Shown: positions 12,629 to 27,394, counted from the first letter of the whole stretch. The stretch: DNA of 63,929 nucleotides, filler included, from Octopus bimaculoides (GCF_001194135.2; 6 parts of 6 records of this genome joined end to end with filler, not necessarily neighbours in it), one strand, 5' to 3'. The notes: generated from the letters alone by a model not told the origin. A program made the numbers and translations.

Positions 12629-13139
12629 CATACATATCTGTGTGTGTATGTATATATATATATATGTATGTGTATTATATGCCCGGAAAACAAAGCTGTT
12701 TCTGGAAGCTGGATAAGTATAAAACACACAAACAGACTTCAGCCGGCAGATAAATAGAATTTATTTATACAGAACTCAATAATATACACCCGCAAGACGT
12801 ACTACATAATCAGAGAGGTGTAAATATTAATTTAAAATTTCAATAGAGGTCTCCTGTATCTAGGCGATCCACTGAAAAATACATCGACAAGCTTAGGTTT
12901 CACGTGGGCCAGTTGTAAATAGATGACAAGAGAAGAGATTGTGTCATGAACTTCATTGGTTTAACCTCTGTTTCTGCTATATGATATTATGCACTAATAC
13001 TGGAGTGATTGTCTATTACCTTATAGCTTCGTCAGAGCATCGAAATTAAAGTGCAATTTTAATTGTGACAGCATTTATATATATGCAAATGACCACCGTT
13101 GAAAACAAATAAAAATATATAAGAAATGGTATATAGAAT

Positions 13140-13300
13140 TTGAGAAAAAAGCCAGGCCCGAACCAGACGCGGCCTACCACCACAAATATTTTCAGGCATG
13201 CGCAGGAAGATAGCGTCACCTCCCATCCAAAGGATTTTGTCCACGTGACATTAGTTTTGGTGGGAGAAAATAAAGTTGGATAGTTTTTGAACCCACCTCG
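13140..13300 (-). mobile_element. Tc1/mariner-type terminal fragment
   Basis: Minus strand begins CACGAGGTGGGTTCAAAAACTATCC, resembling mariner/Tc1 TIRs; partner end not visible. Confidence 0.3.
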
Positions 13301-13315
13301 TGTATGTGTGTGTAT

Positions 13316-13346
<31 letters not shown>

Positions 13347-14267
13347 NNNNNNNNNNNNNNNNNNNNNNNNNNNNNNNNNNNNNNNNNNNNNNNNNNNNNN
13401 NNNNNNNNNNNNNNNNNNNNNNNNNNNNNNNNNNNNNNNNNNNNNNNNNNNNNNNNNNNNNNNNNNNNNNNNNNNNNNNNNNNNNNNNNNNNNNNNNNNN
13501 NNNNNNNNNNNNNNNNNNNNNNNNNNNNNNNNNNNNNNNNNNNNNNNNNNNNNNNNNNNNNNNNNNNNNNNNNNNNNNNNNNNNNNNNNNNNNNNNNNNN
13601 NNNNNNNNNNNNNNNNNNNNNNNNNNNNNNNNNNNNNNNNNNNNNNNNNNNNNNNNNNNNNNNNNNNNNNNNNNNNNNNNNNNNNNNNNNNNNNNNNNNN
13701 NNNNNNNNNNNNNNNNNNNNNNNNNNNNNNNNNNNNNNNNNNNNNNNNNNNNNNNNNNNNNNNNNNNNNNNNNNNNNNNNNNNNNNNNNNNNNNNNNNNN
13801 NNNNNNNNNNNNNNNNNNNNNNNNNNNNNNNNNNNNNNNNNNNNNNNNNNNNNNNNNNNNNNNNNNNNNNNNNNNNNNNNNNNNNNNNNNNNNNNNNNNN
13901 NNNNNNNNNNNNNNNNNNNNNNNNNNNNNNNNNNNNNNNNNNNNNNNNNNNNNNNNNNNNNNNNNNNNNNNNNNNNNNNNNNNNNNNNNNNNNNNNNNNN
14001 NNNNNNNNNNNNNNNNNNNNNNNNNNNNNNNNNNNNNNNNNNNNNNNNNNNNNNNNNNNNNNNNNNNNNNNNNNNNNNNNNNNNNNNNNNNNNNNNNNNN
14101 NNNNNNNNNNNNNNNNNNNNNNNNNNNNNNNNNNNNNNNNNNNNNNNNNNNNNNNNNNNNNNNNNNNNNNNNNNNNNNNNNNNNNNNNNNNNNNNNNNNN
14201 NNNNNNNNNNNNNNNNNNNNNNNNNNNNNNNNNNNNNNNNNNNNNNNNNNNNNNNNNNNNNNNNNNN

Positions 14268-14316
<49 letters not shown>

Positions 14317-15095
14317 CATACATACATGCATACATACATACATACACACACATATATATGTCTGTATGTACGTATGTATGTGTGTGTGTACATATGTGTA
14401 TATGTGTGTGTGCTTGCGAGTGCGCCAGTGTGTATGTCTATGAATTTGAGTGCAATTTATATATTTGTATACTTGTACACGTATATTTGTCTTTCATAAG
14501 ACATGTTTGTATATCTGTATGCATGTGTGTATGTATATATACGCATGAATACATATATATCTATGTGCGCGCGCGTGTGTGTGTGTGTATGTATATATGT
14601 ATATATATGTATGTATGTGGTGGGTATGTGTGTGCGTGTGTATATTGTAAGGATGTGTGTATGTGCATTTGCATCAGGTGACGAAGTGGAATACCTACGG
14701 GTACATAAAATGGCCATTTTGAGGACAAAAATAGAAAAATGGATGGATAGATGGACAGAACTTTAAATAGAAATAAATATGAAGAGAGACATTTGCAAGC
14801 ATATAAAAAAACAGATTAAAATACATGGATATAAATAGATGGTTACTCTCCTATGCACATACATATTCATACGGATAGATTAGAATACCATTTGTCAGTC
14901 AGCAGACAATAACCAATATCAGCGCGATATATTTTTAAGAATCTATAAATAATTCTTAATGTGTTTGTCTATAGGAATCTGCCTTGCTGTGTTTGTGGGT
15001 GTACTCTCTTATGTGTACTCGCTGTCCGCTGTCGAATCATGTATTTAGGTAGATACATATTTTGATTTGCTTCAATCTGTTTTAGTCACTCGACG

Positions 15096-15897
15096 ATGGA
15101 TATACTGGGGTTCTGCCTTGAATTTATAGTCGGGCAAATCGACTGCAGTGAGCCTCGTATTTATTCTCTCGGTCGCTTTTGCCGAATTGCAACCAACTCC
15201 ATTTGTCAAGTGGTCGAAAAGAAACAAACTCAAAGATACACAAACACACAACTACATAGAGAGAAACGCACACACANNNNNNNNNNNNNNNNNNNNNNNN
15301 NNNNNNNNNNNNNNNNNNNNNNNNNNNNNNNNNNNNNNNNNNNNNNNNNNNNNNNNNNNNNNNNNNNNNNNNNNNNNNNNNNNNNNNNNNNNNNNNNNNN
15401 NNNNNNNNNNNNNNNNNNNNNNNNNNNNNNNNNNNNNNNNNNNNNNNNNNNNNNNNNNNNNNNNNNNNNNNNNNNNNNNNNNNNNNNNNNNNNNNNNNNN
15501 NNNNNNNNNNNNNNNNNNNNNNNNNNNNNNNNNNNNNNNNNNNNNNNNNNNNNNNNNNNNNNNNNNNNNNNNNNNNNNNNNNNNNNNNNNNNNNNNNNNN
15601 NNNNNNNNNNNNNNNNNNNNNNNNNNNNNNNNNNNNNNNNNNNNNNNNNNNNNNNNNNNNNNNNNNNNNNNNNNNNNNNNNNNNNNNNNNNNNNNNNNNN
15701 NNNNNNNNNNNNNNNNNNNNNNNNNNNNNNNNNNNNNNNNNNNNNNNNNNNNNNNNNNNNNNNNNNNNNNATTCAAGGCAAAGGCAAAGGGGCCGATACA
15801 GCTTGGCACCAGTGATGTCGCAGCCTGGTTCGGGAATCGAACTCACAACATCACGATCGTAAGCTCGACGCTCTAACCACTGAGCCATGCGCCTTCA
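15096..15897 (-). mobile_element. SINE body B fragment (15096-15275) and tRNA-like head of type D (15771-15897), separated by a gap
   Basis: Head reads ggctcagtggttagagcgtcgagcttacgatcgtgatgttgtgagttcgattccc (A and B boxes) on the minus strand. Confidence 0.7.
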
Positions 15898-16334
15898 CAT
15901 ATATATTATTTAACGTAAACAGTATATAGATATGAGCTACTAATAGTTTAATACACTGGAGATGTTATCTAGGTTATCATGTAACCTTGCTGTATCGTAT
16001 GCTTCATATACGTGGGAGATTATCATGTACGATCGGTCAAGTGGACAAGCTCCGGGGACCTTGCCAACAACCCTAAAGGTAATAGTGGGCGAAGAAGCTG
16101 GATACGGGAGCTGAGAAAAGAACAAGAGTTGGGAAGTCGACTTCATTGCCTTACAGCGTGTATATCCATACATACATATGTATGTATGTACGTATGTGTG
16201 ATGTATATATGTATGATGTATGTATGTATATATGTATGTCTATATATATATATATGCATACATAGATACCTATAAACCTAGGTGCTCACGTATGAACATA
16301 TGCGGGTATATATCTATATGCAACGTCATATATG

Positions 16335-16384
<50 letters not shown>

Positions 16385-17261
16385 TGTGTGTGCGCACGAG
16401 CACGTGTGTGTGTGTGTGTGTGTGTGAGTACAGGTTTGTCGATTGAAATGAAACGGTTTTAGCCTGTACGGCTTCCGTGTTTCAATCTGTTTCTGCACCT
16501 CCATACATCCAGTGAACCTCCACAAATGAAAAAAAGCAGAGTAGTTTTAGTAATTGTTGCGCCTCTACACTTGCTGTTGATTACTGGCGCACCAGGACAG
16601 CATTTGGTGCAACGAAATGCATTTATGCTATACCTATGTCTGTATGTTTTCGTATTTTGCTGTTATTTTTCTATTATCTTCTTATGTCTCGACTGAGTCA
16701 GAAATTTAGTAGACTTGCAATCCTGAAGTAGCAACTTACGAAGTGTTGCATATGTTTGCTTGGGTGTTTGGAAAGAATTTTTCATTTAGTGGTAAGTTCT
16801 ATAAAGGCTGCATTTAGTTTTCTATGCTGACAAACTACTGCTTTATGCATTCGTAATTTTTCTCCTCTTCAGACACGGTTTGTGTATTAAATGTGATGGC
16901 GCGTAGAATCAGTGCTTCAGATTCTCTGTGAAGAATTTTTATTTTTTGTTGTTTTCCTTTCTGCTAGCCAAAATATATATAAATACATAAACACATATAT
17001 ATGTGGGGGGGGGGGTTGTAACTACTATAAAAATGGACGTTTCTCGTTTGTCTCTTTATTGTATCTTTAGTCGGTGTTCTTCGAATGTTATGAAAACGCT
17101 GTATGTAGCACTTCTTTTCCTCTCTTTCTTTTTTCTCACTCTCTCTCTAACTATTTATCTATCTATGCATCTATCTCTATTTACCTATCTATCTACCTAT
17201 CTCTCTCTATCTCTCCCTTTCTCACTTTCTCTCTTTCTCTCTCTCTCTCTTNNNNNNNNNN

Positions 17262-17307
<46 letters not shown>

Positions 17308-17780
17308 TATGTAAAATGCAGTATGTTTATTTACGATGCCAGATTGTGATATTTGCTTTGGTTTTATGTTCCCTGGTGTTGCTGGCAATAAGTGAAAGCA
17401 AGGGATTTAGTAGGTGCTACTTTGAAATTGATGTTGTGGAGTTAGATTCCAAGGTGATTTATGGGCAGCTGGAAATATTGTACAGATGTGTCTGGAAAAA
17501 ATAGTAGAAGGACGTGAGATTGATGTCATCTGTGTATGACAGTGCGTGTATAATTTGAAGACGTGCGGGAAGCTCATAGCGGTATGATGTTGAAAAGAGT
17601 CGGAGAGAAATTGAATTCATATGCAATTCCATATACGAAATTAATAGTTTTCAAATGTATTGTTTTGTAAACTATGTAAGTAAGATTAAATGGTAAATGA
17701 CAGCTACACTGCAAACGTGTTCCTGACTCGTTGCTTTTTTTTTTCTAGTTCCATATATCCATTTCTCACTCAGCTTGTAC

Positions 17781-17817
<37 letters not shown>

Positions 17818-19057
17818 AAGAGATAGAGAGAGGGAGAGAGAGAGATGGATCGATATACATACATATATATANNNNNNNNNNNNNNNNNNNNNNNNNNNNN
17901 NNNNNNNNNNNNNNNNNNNNNNNNNNNNNNNNNNNNNNNNNNNNNNNNNNNNNNNNNNNNNNNNNNNNNNNNNNNNNNNNNNNNNNNNNNNNNNNNNNNN
18001 NNNNNNNNNNNNNNNNNNNNNNNNNNNNNNNNNNNNNNNNNNNNNNNNNNNNNNNNNNNNNNNNNNNNNNNNNNNNNNNNNNNNNNNNNNNNNNNNNNNN
18101 NNNNNNNNNNNNNNNNNNNNNNNNNNNNNNNNNNNNNNNNNNNNNNNNNNNNNNNNNNNNNNNNNNNNNNNNNNNNNNNNNNNNNNNNNNNNNNNNNNNN
18201 NNNNNNNNNNNNNNNNNNNNNNNNNNNNNNNNNNNNNNNNNNNNNNNNNNNNNNNNNNNNNNNNNNNNNNNNNNNNNNNNNNNNNNNNNNNNNNNNNNNN
18301 NNNNNNNNNNNNNNNNNNNATATATATATATATATATATACTTATATACACTTATATAATTCTAAGTATGGATATGTATGATTGTTACGTTTGTATTTAT
18401 ATACACGACTTTATGTATGGATGGATGGATGCATGCATAAAATATTTCTCTCTGTGTATTTATTGTTTTCTACCCATAATGCTCTTTGCCAATTTTTGTT
18501 TCCTGCTTCCCTTCCTATCACTCTATTAAACTATCGCAATATATCGATATATGACAATCTCCTAATATATAGCTGTCTTTCTCTGTCTCTGTCTCTTTGT
18601 ATGTATATATATATATATATAAAACTGTCTTTATCTATGTGGATATAAATATATCTACGCCTGTACGTATGCTAAGGATAAATGCTGTCTGTCGATATAA
18701 CTTTCTCCTTCGTATCTCTGTTTTAAATATTACTGTATGCGTCTGTATGTCTATATAAGGTGTGTATGCGTGTATGTTTGAATGTGCCCTATGCGTATAT
18801 GTACGTATTTATGTATGTGTGTGCGTATATCAGATTACACTTTGCCTATGGACTCGGCCCAAACAATTCATATTGGCATGTTTATCGGTGTTTTATTGGA
18901 AATAGAAGTCGTTAAATAATATTAAACTTGAAATACATATATATGTTTACACGCAGGAGTTTGTGTGTCTGAATATTTTTCAATATTATTTGAGCGCTCG
19001 CAGTGGTAATTACCTCCGTTCTAGATTGGTTTATATGTAAATATGTATACACATATA

Positions 19058-19172
<115 letters not shown>

Positions 19173-19221
19173 GCATGTATATGAATGTACATGTATGTAT
19201 ATATATATTTATGTATGTATG

Positions 19222-19252
<31 letters not shown>

Positions 19253-19844
19253 GTATATATGTGCATATGTGTACATACAGAGAAAAACATGGTCATGCAT
19301 TATTTACAGATGCACGCAAAGGCAAGTTTTCTATGAATGTAAGTATATATATCCATCGCTGTGCGTGCGTACATATTTACAAACATGCATATACACATAT
19401 ATATTCACATACATACATGTATTTAGTCTTGTACTTATGCTGATACGAAAATCTGTTTAAATATATTCTTTGCTTCATTCGTTTCAAAGTTTGACTAACA
19501 GAAACCGAAATTCGTTTAAATACCAACATATGCAGTCACACATTCGTAACTCAACATAGAATTACATATATATGCATATGCATGCATATATATATATTTG
19601 TATATATATATACTATTGCATGATTATATACTTACACAGATTTATGCATGTATCTATTATATGTATATGCATGTCAGAATTCACTTTTCCCCCACAACCT
19701 TATATACATATATATACATATATATATGCTCCTATAGAATTACACACGCCCTCTGTATATGTTTGTATGTTTAGCAGTGTATATTTGTACACGTAAACAC
19801 AGACTCCCACACACACACATATATATATATGCACAAATGCACTG

Positions 19845-19907
<63 letters not shown>

Positions 19908-21370
19908 NNNNNNNNNNNNNNNNNNNNNNNNNNNNNNNNNNNNNNNNNNNNNNNNNNNNNNNNNNNNNNNNNNNNNNNNNNNNNNNNNNNNNNNNNNNNN
20001 NNNNNNNNNNNNNNNNNNNNNNNNNNNNNNNNNNNNNNNNNNNNNNNNNNNNNNNNNNNNNNNNNNNNNNNNNNNNNNNNNNNNNNNNNNNNNNNNNNNN
20101 NNNNNNNNNNNNNNNNNNNNNNNNNNNNNNNNNNNNNNNNNNNNNNNNNNNNNNNNNNNNNNNNNNNNNNNNNNNNNNNNNNNNNNNNNNNNNNNNNNNN
20201 NNNNNNNNNNNNNNNNNNNNNNNNNNNNNNNNNNNNNNNNNNNNNNNNNNNNNNNNNNNNNNNNNNNNNNNNNNNNNNNNNNNNNNNNNNNNNNNNNNNN
20301 NNNNNNNNNNNNNNNNNNNNNNNNNNNNNNNNNNNNNNNNNNNNNNNNNNNNNNNNNNNNNNNNNNNNNNNNNNNNNNNNNNNNNNNNNNNNNNNNNNNN
20401 NNNNNNNNNNNNNNNNNNNNNNNNNNNNNNNNNNNNNNNNNNNNNNNNNNNNNNNNNNNNNNNNNNNNNNNNNNNNNNNNNNNNNNNNNNNNNNNNNNNN
20501 NNNNNNNNNNNNNNNNNNNNNNNNNNNNNNNNNNNNNNNNNNNNNNNNNNNNNNNNNNNNNNNNNNNNNNNNNNNNNNNNNNATATATATATATATATAT
20601 ATACGTGTATGTGTGTGTATCTACCCACAAACATATTTATATTATATGCACATATATATATATATATGTATGTGTGTGTGTATTTGTATACATATATGTA
20701 TGTGTGTGTGGGCGTATGTGCATGTGTGTGCGCCTTTTTTGTTTTCAATTCTTTTCTAAATAGACCAACAGCATATTAACTTACCTATTTTTCTATTACA
20801 GTTTTATGTGTGTTTTCCTTATCTTCGTTTCTTTTTTATCCTGTTTTTCTTCTTCCCATTTCTTCTGCTTCTTCTTTCCCTCCACCTCCTTGTTTTTCTA
20901 CTACTACTACTTATTCTTCTTCTCCTTTTCTTCCTCCTTGAGTTTCCAATACTCTCCACCCATTGTATTTTACTTCTTTCTTCACTTTGCCTTCTTTTTT
21001 TCCTTCTTATTCTGGCCCTTTCAGTCTCTTCTAGTATTAATAATTTTACCCCACCTCATCTTATTAATTACTGACGCCAACTGTCACCGGAATATTAGAC
21101 ACCAGGTATCAGCACCTGTATGGACACCACCACGCAAATTGACTTCAAAATGTATAGATGAACGACGGATTCCTCATTATTTAATTCACCTTAACATGCA
21201 GTCTAAGGATTCTTACTGTCGTTGTATTATACGTTTGTCTTCAAGTGTAGCTTTAGTCTTACCTAAAATGTAGAATTTTATGACATGTATCACGTTGACA
21301 GTGCCTCTTCCTTTTCCTCAAAAATGTGTATCTTTTAATATATTTTGTTCTCATAGTTTTCATTACAACG

Positions 21371-21530
21371 TTTCAAATAACTTGTCCACGTATAACTAAA
21401 TCCACACTCAAAGTGATCTGTCCTCGTATAACCAGATCCAGGCTCAAAGTGACTTGTCCACATATAGCTAAACCCACGCTCAAAGTGACTATTCCAGGTA
21501 TAATTAAATCCAGGCTAAATGTGCCTATAA
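21371..21530 (+). repeat. 36-bp tandem repeat, about 4.5 units
   Basis: Units start at 21371, 21407, 21443, 21479 and 21515; consensus CTCAAAGTGACTTGTCCACGTATAACTAAATCCACA. Confidence 0.9.
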
Positions 21531-21538
21531 CAAAAAGA

Positions 21539-21662
<124 letters not shown>

Positions 21663-21721
21663 NNNNNNNNNNNNNNNNNNNNNNNNNNNNNNNNNNNNNN
21701 NNNNNNNNNNNNNNATTGCTG

Positions 21722-21933
21722 CAAGGCGGATAGCTGGCAGAAGCGTTAGCACGCCGGGCGAAATGCTTAGCGTTATTTCGTCTATCTTTACGTTCTGAGT
21801 TCAAATTCCGCTGAGGTCGACTTTGCCTTTCTTCCTTTAGGGGTCGATAAATTAAGTACCTGTCGCTTATTGGGGTAGATGGAATCGACTGGCTCCCTCC
21901 CCAAAAATTCCGGGCATTGTGCCAAAAGTAGGA
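21722..21933 (+). mobile_element. SINE C, CpG-intact copy
   Basis: ggcggatagctggcagaagcgttagcacgccgggcgaaatgc...gagttcaaattcc...gtcgactttgcc. Confidence 0.85.
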
Positions 21934-22059
21934 AAGATTATTCTTATTACTGACAGGATCGTTGGTGCGTCGGAGAAAATACCACACATTATTTTTTCCA
22001 GTTCCTTAAAATTATTGCCTCTGTGCCAAAATTCGAACTCATCGTCTTTTCGTCACATA

Positions 22060-22860
22060 ATTCTTACTTATCCATTTACTCTTTCTCCTTCCATTTTCCC
22101 TCCCGTAAACGTCTATCACTGATCTAGTTTTTCGATCTGCCTGGTTGTTTCAGATATTCTAAGTCTTCATTTAACTGCGACTAATAACATTTTCGCCATT
22201 CTAAGTAGACCATCATTGGTTTGCTGTTGTGTCTCTCGAACTTTCTACAGCTCTTGTAACAACATTCCTATTTCTCTCACTCTCTACAATCGGTAGATAT
22301 TATAATCCTCAAAGTAATTGAACTTACATCCTCACCAATTGATAAACATCATCTTACAGTACGTAATTCTTCCATTTTAAATAAATATTTCTAACATATT
22401 TACCTTGAGTTTATTTTCTTTATTACTGTATTTTTATATCTCATCTTACCACTTCCCCTTGTTAATATATAAGTCTGCAAGTGTTAACAGCCTGTATTTT
22501 ACAATGAATTGATATATTTGTTTTGAATAACAGTGTATATATATATCGTTTGCTCCCTTTTCTATTAGTAGAGCTATATATCTTCTTTACTGCCTTCACA
22601 ATCAGCTGCTTTAAAGCTCTTCACGTTATCCCTTAATTTACGTTCTCGAATACGGAAATTCAATTCTCTATCTTCATCGATATCCATTATCCTAGTTACA
22701 GAATTTCCCATTGTGTATACGCGATTCCTTAATACTCCCCGTATTACGTTTGAAAAATGGTGTTGTAACATACGATTGGCATATAGCAGAATATTTTTTA
22801 TCCATTTTCGATTTAACCACCACCTTACTGGCTTCACTTTTTCCATGAGTTGACTTTATA
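22060..22860 (-). mobile_element. Ancient RTE-like LINE remnant (thumb region and C-terminus)
   Basis: GNSVTRIMDIDEDRELNFRIRERK resembles LGS.I..DGD.D.EIN.RI; downstream VYGRENGRRKSKWI resembles G.RGRGRP.K.W. Confidence 0.4.
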
Positions 22861-23303
22861 ACCACCCTTAACTGCTGTAACTTCTACCTGATTGCTGGAA
22901 TTTGTCTTGTCCAAGAATGTTGTAGCTCATATTAATTCTTTAAATTTGTGAAAATTATCTACTTGGATTTTTTGGAACGGTGCTTTATGAGAGAATATAC
23001 GAAACCACTTTTCTAACTCTTTCTCTCTCTCTTTCTCTGAATTTACATCCATCCTCTCGTCCCTCCTTGCCAATTGGCACCAACCATTTTTCCTTTCTTT
23101 TGCTTTCGTTCAATTTTCCAAATTTTCTTGACTAATTCTGGTTTTTAAGTACACCTTACAAAATAACGATCGTTACGAGAGTTAGGGGTCGTTGATGCTT
23201 ATGCTGAAAAAAAAAATATCTGTATTGATTTATCTCTACCAACATAGAATCTTTGATACATAGCAAACGTAGGAGACTGACGGGGAAAGAGAGGGTGAGA
23301 GAT

Positions 23304-23341
<38 letters not shown>

Positions 23342-24652
23342 AGAAAGTGGTATCAGGAGCAGGAAAAAGAATTCTTCCGGTGGTTCGTACCGTGATAGTA
23401 GTTAATAATTATGCACCAATGAGCTTCAAGTATTTTTCTCTCATTTTTGTTACTTCTAATTTTCCCTTCTCTTTGAAAATATAGATTATCTTTCCTAAAT
23501 CCACATCGTAATCAACAAGATCTTCATAGCTGTGAGCACAATCACACCAGTTCTGTTCTAACGAGTTTATTTACTGAGGCTGTTTCTTGGAACAAACAAC
23601 GTATTTTTAATGTTAAACATTATGATTTCTTACATAAGAAAAGAACACATAGTTAAATGTGAGAGATATGCTTGATTAAAGAATTTGATGCATGTTCTAG
23701 GAAAGATGAAGAAAAATTCATTGTTTGGATTTCAACACACGGGATAAAAACACATAGCTGAATATTTCGTGGGATTTTGTAAGGCAATCTAACGGTTCGG
23801 CCATTGAAATTGAATATGAAAAATCATTAGTGCATCGGACAAAAATCCTTGCGGTGTTTTGGTGTCTCCTTATCTTCTGTACTTCAAATCGTACCAAAAG
23901 TGGGTTCGCTTTCCATGTAATCTAACCACGTGATCGACTACACACATCTAACCAAGTATCTAGCCTTGGGTTCACGTTAGAAAAAATAGAAGTGATAGTT
24001 TATAAGAATCGGTAGATGGATGGACAGAGAAGATACTTGCAGTGTATCTTTTGGTTCTTTACGTTCAGCGTTCACATACCGTCACCTTTGAGGGGAGGAG
24101 GAGGAGGAGAATGAGGAGGAGGAGAATGAGGAGGAGGAGGAGGAGGAGGAGGGGCTGAAGATATGGAAAGCACATTAACTATCCACAAATGCATATTGTA
24201 TCAGCAGCATTTCGTCCTTCTTTACGTTCTGACTTTGCCTTTCTTCCTTTCGGAAGGGTCGATAAAATAATTATCAAAGACCGGAGATCACGTAAATCGA
24301 CTTACCCCAATACCACCACCACTACCCCGCCGCTCCCCTAACATTGCTGGCCTTGTGCCAAAATTTGAAACCAATATAAAGTAACAGCAAAGAATCGTCT
24401 ATTATTTTCCGCGAAACCAAGCAATAACGTAACCCCGCCTATTAGACATTATTAACTGACCTGAAAAAAATCGATGCTACTCTAAGACGGAACTAAATCT
24501 CCTATTACAAGCAGAAATATCGATTTCCGTCCAATACTGATGACCTTCCATGAAGCCAATGCAATGGGCCTCTCTAATCAATATTGAAACCTTTTTCCTG
24601 TCCTGAGCTGATAAATCTGAAAAGCTTTCTTTTAGTTTTGTATTTATTATCA

Positions 24653-24693
<41 letters not shown>

Positions 24694-24894
24694 TTGTTTT
24701 TATATTGTTTAGTTATTTATCTATTTCTTTAGTTAGCTTCTTTTTTTTCTTTTTTTTTGACAGCATTGAAGGTTTGCAATAAAATAACCGAAACGTGAAT
24801 TTAGAAGACAGACGACACCAGAAGGACAAACATTTAGACGAACAGAGTGACAGAGAGACAGACAAACAGATATGGCAGATAAATAGACGAACCT

Positions 24895-24897
<3 letters not shown>

Positions 24898-24963
<66 letters not shown>
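24898..24963. repeat. (GATA)n microsatellite
   Basis: Pure run; another at about 27083-27137. Confidence 0.95.
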
Positions 24964-24964
<1 letters not shown>

Positions 24965-25084
24965 GGGCAGACGGACAGAGACAGAGAGTGATTGAGGGGA
25001 TAGGTAGAAACATACATACAACCTACATACATACTTGCATACATACATACATATATATGTGTGTGTGTGCGCGCGCGCGCGCGG

Positions 25085-25421
25085 TCGTAGGATTGTAGTT
25101 TCGATTCCCAGACCGGGTGTTGTGAGTGTTTATTGAGTGAAAACACCTAAAGCTCCACGAGGCTCTGGCAGGGGATGGTGGCGAACCCTGCTGTACTCTT
25201 TCACCACAACTTTCTCTCACTCTTTCTTCCTGTTTCTGTTGTACCTGTATTTCAAAGGCCCAGCCTTGTCACACTCTGTTTCACGCTGAATGTCCCTGAG
25301 AACTACGTTAAGGGTACACGTGTCTGTGGAGTGCTCAGCCACTTGCACATTAATTTCACAAGCAAGCTGTTCCGTTAATCGGATCAACTGGAACCCTTGT
25401 CGTAGTAACCGACGGAGTGCC
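25085..25421 (+). mobile_element. SINE type D
   Basis: tttcgattcccagaccgg head remnant; 3' part gagaactacgttaagggtacacgtgtctgtggagtgctcagccacttgcac... shared with 45893-46180 and 51540-51650. Confidence 0.8.
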
Positions 25422-25691
25422 ACGACGACATATAAACAAAGTTGGCCAAAAGTCACCCGACAGTAAATCAAACTTCCATAAATACTTAATATTCAATTTT
25501 ATTTATTATTTCCAATTATGAATGTTTAATAATTGAATACTGTGAGCTGAAATCACCGCATTTCTTTTTCAACATTTGTCTATTTATTAGCGAAGACACA
25601 TATATATTTTTTTTAAATCTTGAAATTAAATGACTTTCATTTACTGTCAAGTGAATTATGGCCAGCCCTGTATATATATATATATATGTGT

Positions 25692-25749
<58 letters not shown>

Positions 25750-26144
25750 ACGCTGAGCTTCCACACAGTTTCTGTCTAATAAATCAACTCAGAAGTCAGT
25801 AGTCNNNNNNNNNNNNNNNNNNNNNNNNNNNNNNNNNNNNNNNNNNNNNNNNNNNNNNNNNNNNNNNNNNNNNNNNNNNNNNNNNNNNNNNNNNNNNNNN
25901 NNNNNNNNNNNNNNNNNNNNNNNNNNNNNNNNNNNNNNNNNNNNNNNNNNNNNNNNNNNNNNNNNNNNNNNNNNNNNNNNNNNNNNNNNNNNNNNNNNNN
26001 NNNNNNNNNNNNNNNNNNNNNNNNNNNNNNNNNNNNNNNNNNNNNNNNNNNNNNNNNNNNNNNNNNNNNNNNNNNNNNNNNNNNNNNNNNNNNNNNNNNN
26101 NNNNNNNNNNNNNNNNNNNNNNNNNNNNNNNNNNTATATATACT

Positions 26145-26410
26145 CTCATTTGCTAAACCGCTAAGTTACGGGGACGTAAACACACCAGCATCGGTTGTCA
26201 AGCGATGGTGGAGGAACAAAGACACACAAGCATATACACACACACACATATATATATACATATATAGGACGGGCTTGTTTGAGTTTACGTCTACCAAATC
26301 CACTCACAAGGTTTTGGTCTGCCTGAGGCTATAGTAGAAGACACTTGCCCAAGGTGCAACGCAGTTGGACTGAACCCGCAACCATGTGGCTGGTAAGTAA
26401 GCTACTTACC
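26145..26410 (-). mobile_element. SINE A+B
   Basis: Matches other copies. Confidence 0.85.
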
Positions 26411-27081
26411 ACGACGTGCTTCCACATAATAAATCAACTCACAACCTATTAGTCGACCTGAGGTAATAGCAGAATACACTTGTCCAAGATGCTGCACCGT
26501 GGAATTGAACCAACAGCTACGTGGTTGCAGAGCGAGGTTCTTAAGTACAAAGCTACTGAAAGAAACAAAATGAAGAAAGGAAATGACGAAAGGAAAAAGC
26601 GAACATGTTACTCCAGGAAGAGAAGATAATAATATGCAGCAACAGTTAGATAAAGTGAAAGTATAGAGCAACAGGAACTTAACCCTGTAAACGGTGTCGT
26701 AATGAGAAGTGCATATATTCAAAAATTCTGCATATATTCACTCACAATTCGCACTTGCTTAAACGCAGTATTTCATTCAAAGTGGTTGCGTAAGATGTAT
26801 TTATTGGCATGTTAGCATATATAAATGCACATAATTTCAAAAATATTCAAATTACATCTACTTTTATGAAATTGAGTGCTTTTAACTGTGAGACCTGGAA
26901 CTTGCTTGATCGTATACATATATATATATACGTACATACATACGTACATACATACGTACGTACATACATACATATAGATATAGATATAGATATACACACA
27001 CGTATGTATGTACATGTGTGTGTGTGTATGTATGTATGCATGCATGTACGTACGAATGTATGGTTCTTCTTGTGTATAAAT

Positions 27082-27138
<57 letters not shown>

Positions 27139-27394
27139 CAGGCACACACACAGACTCGAGGCCAGTAAAAGACAGGCATGGTTTGTCACAGACTGTGCAC
27201 ACAAAAACGGTCACTCTTGTTCAGCTTCTCGATCGTATACCTATATATATAAAGATGAGAATGTGTGTCTGTCTGTGTGTCTGTGTGAATCCCTAAAACT
27301 CGTGAACTACACAAACAATTTCATTCAAATTTTACGCATGCCTTACTTAGGTTCCTTGTAGCGTCATAGGCCCAAAAACATTTTAATTTCTTGC

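Noticed and set aside
12995-13045. Hammerhead-like CTGACGA with a CTAT/ATAG stem on the minus strand
   Set aside because: The GAAA half of the catalytic core is absent.
14975-15048. Possible exon at tttgtctatag|GAATCTGCC...ATTTAG|gtagat
   Set aside because: Two frames are open and the third gives a hydrophobic peptide ending in a stop; the GT-rich low-complexity composition gives no discriminating evidence.
16441-16487. Small imperfect hairpin gattgaaa...tttcaatc
   Set aside because: Too short and interrupted for a pre-miRNA; expected by chance in AT-rich DNA.
17316-17560. Signal-peptide-like ORF (IVIFALVLCSLVLLAIS...) and kinase-like DLWAAG
   Set aside because: No convincing splice context; the overlapping frame LWAAGNIVQM..EKIVEG resembles a decayed RTE C-terminus.
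22574-22846. 90-aa ORF as a host gene
   Set aside because: Better explained as an RTE-like thumb remnant with frameshifted LINE motifs downstream.
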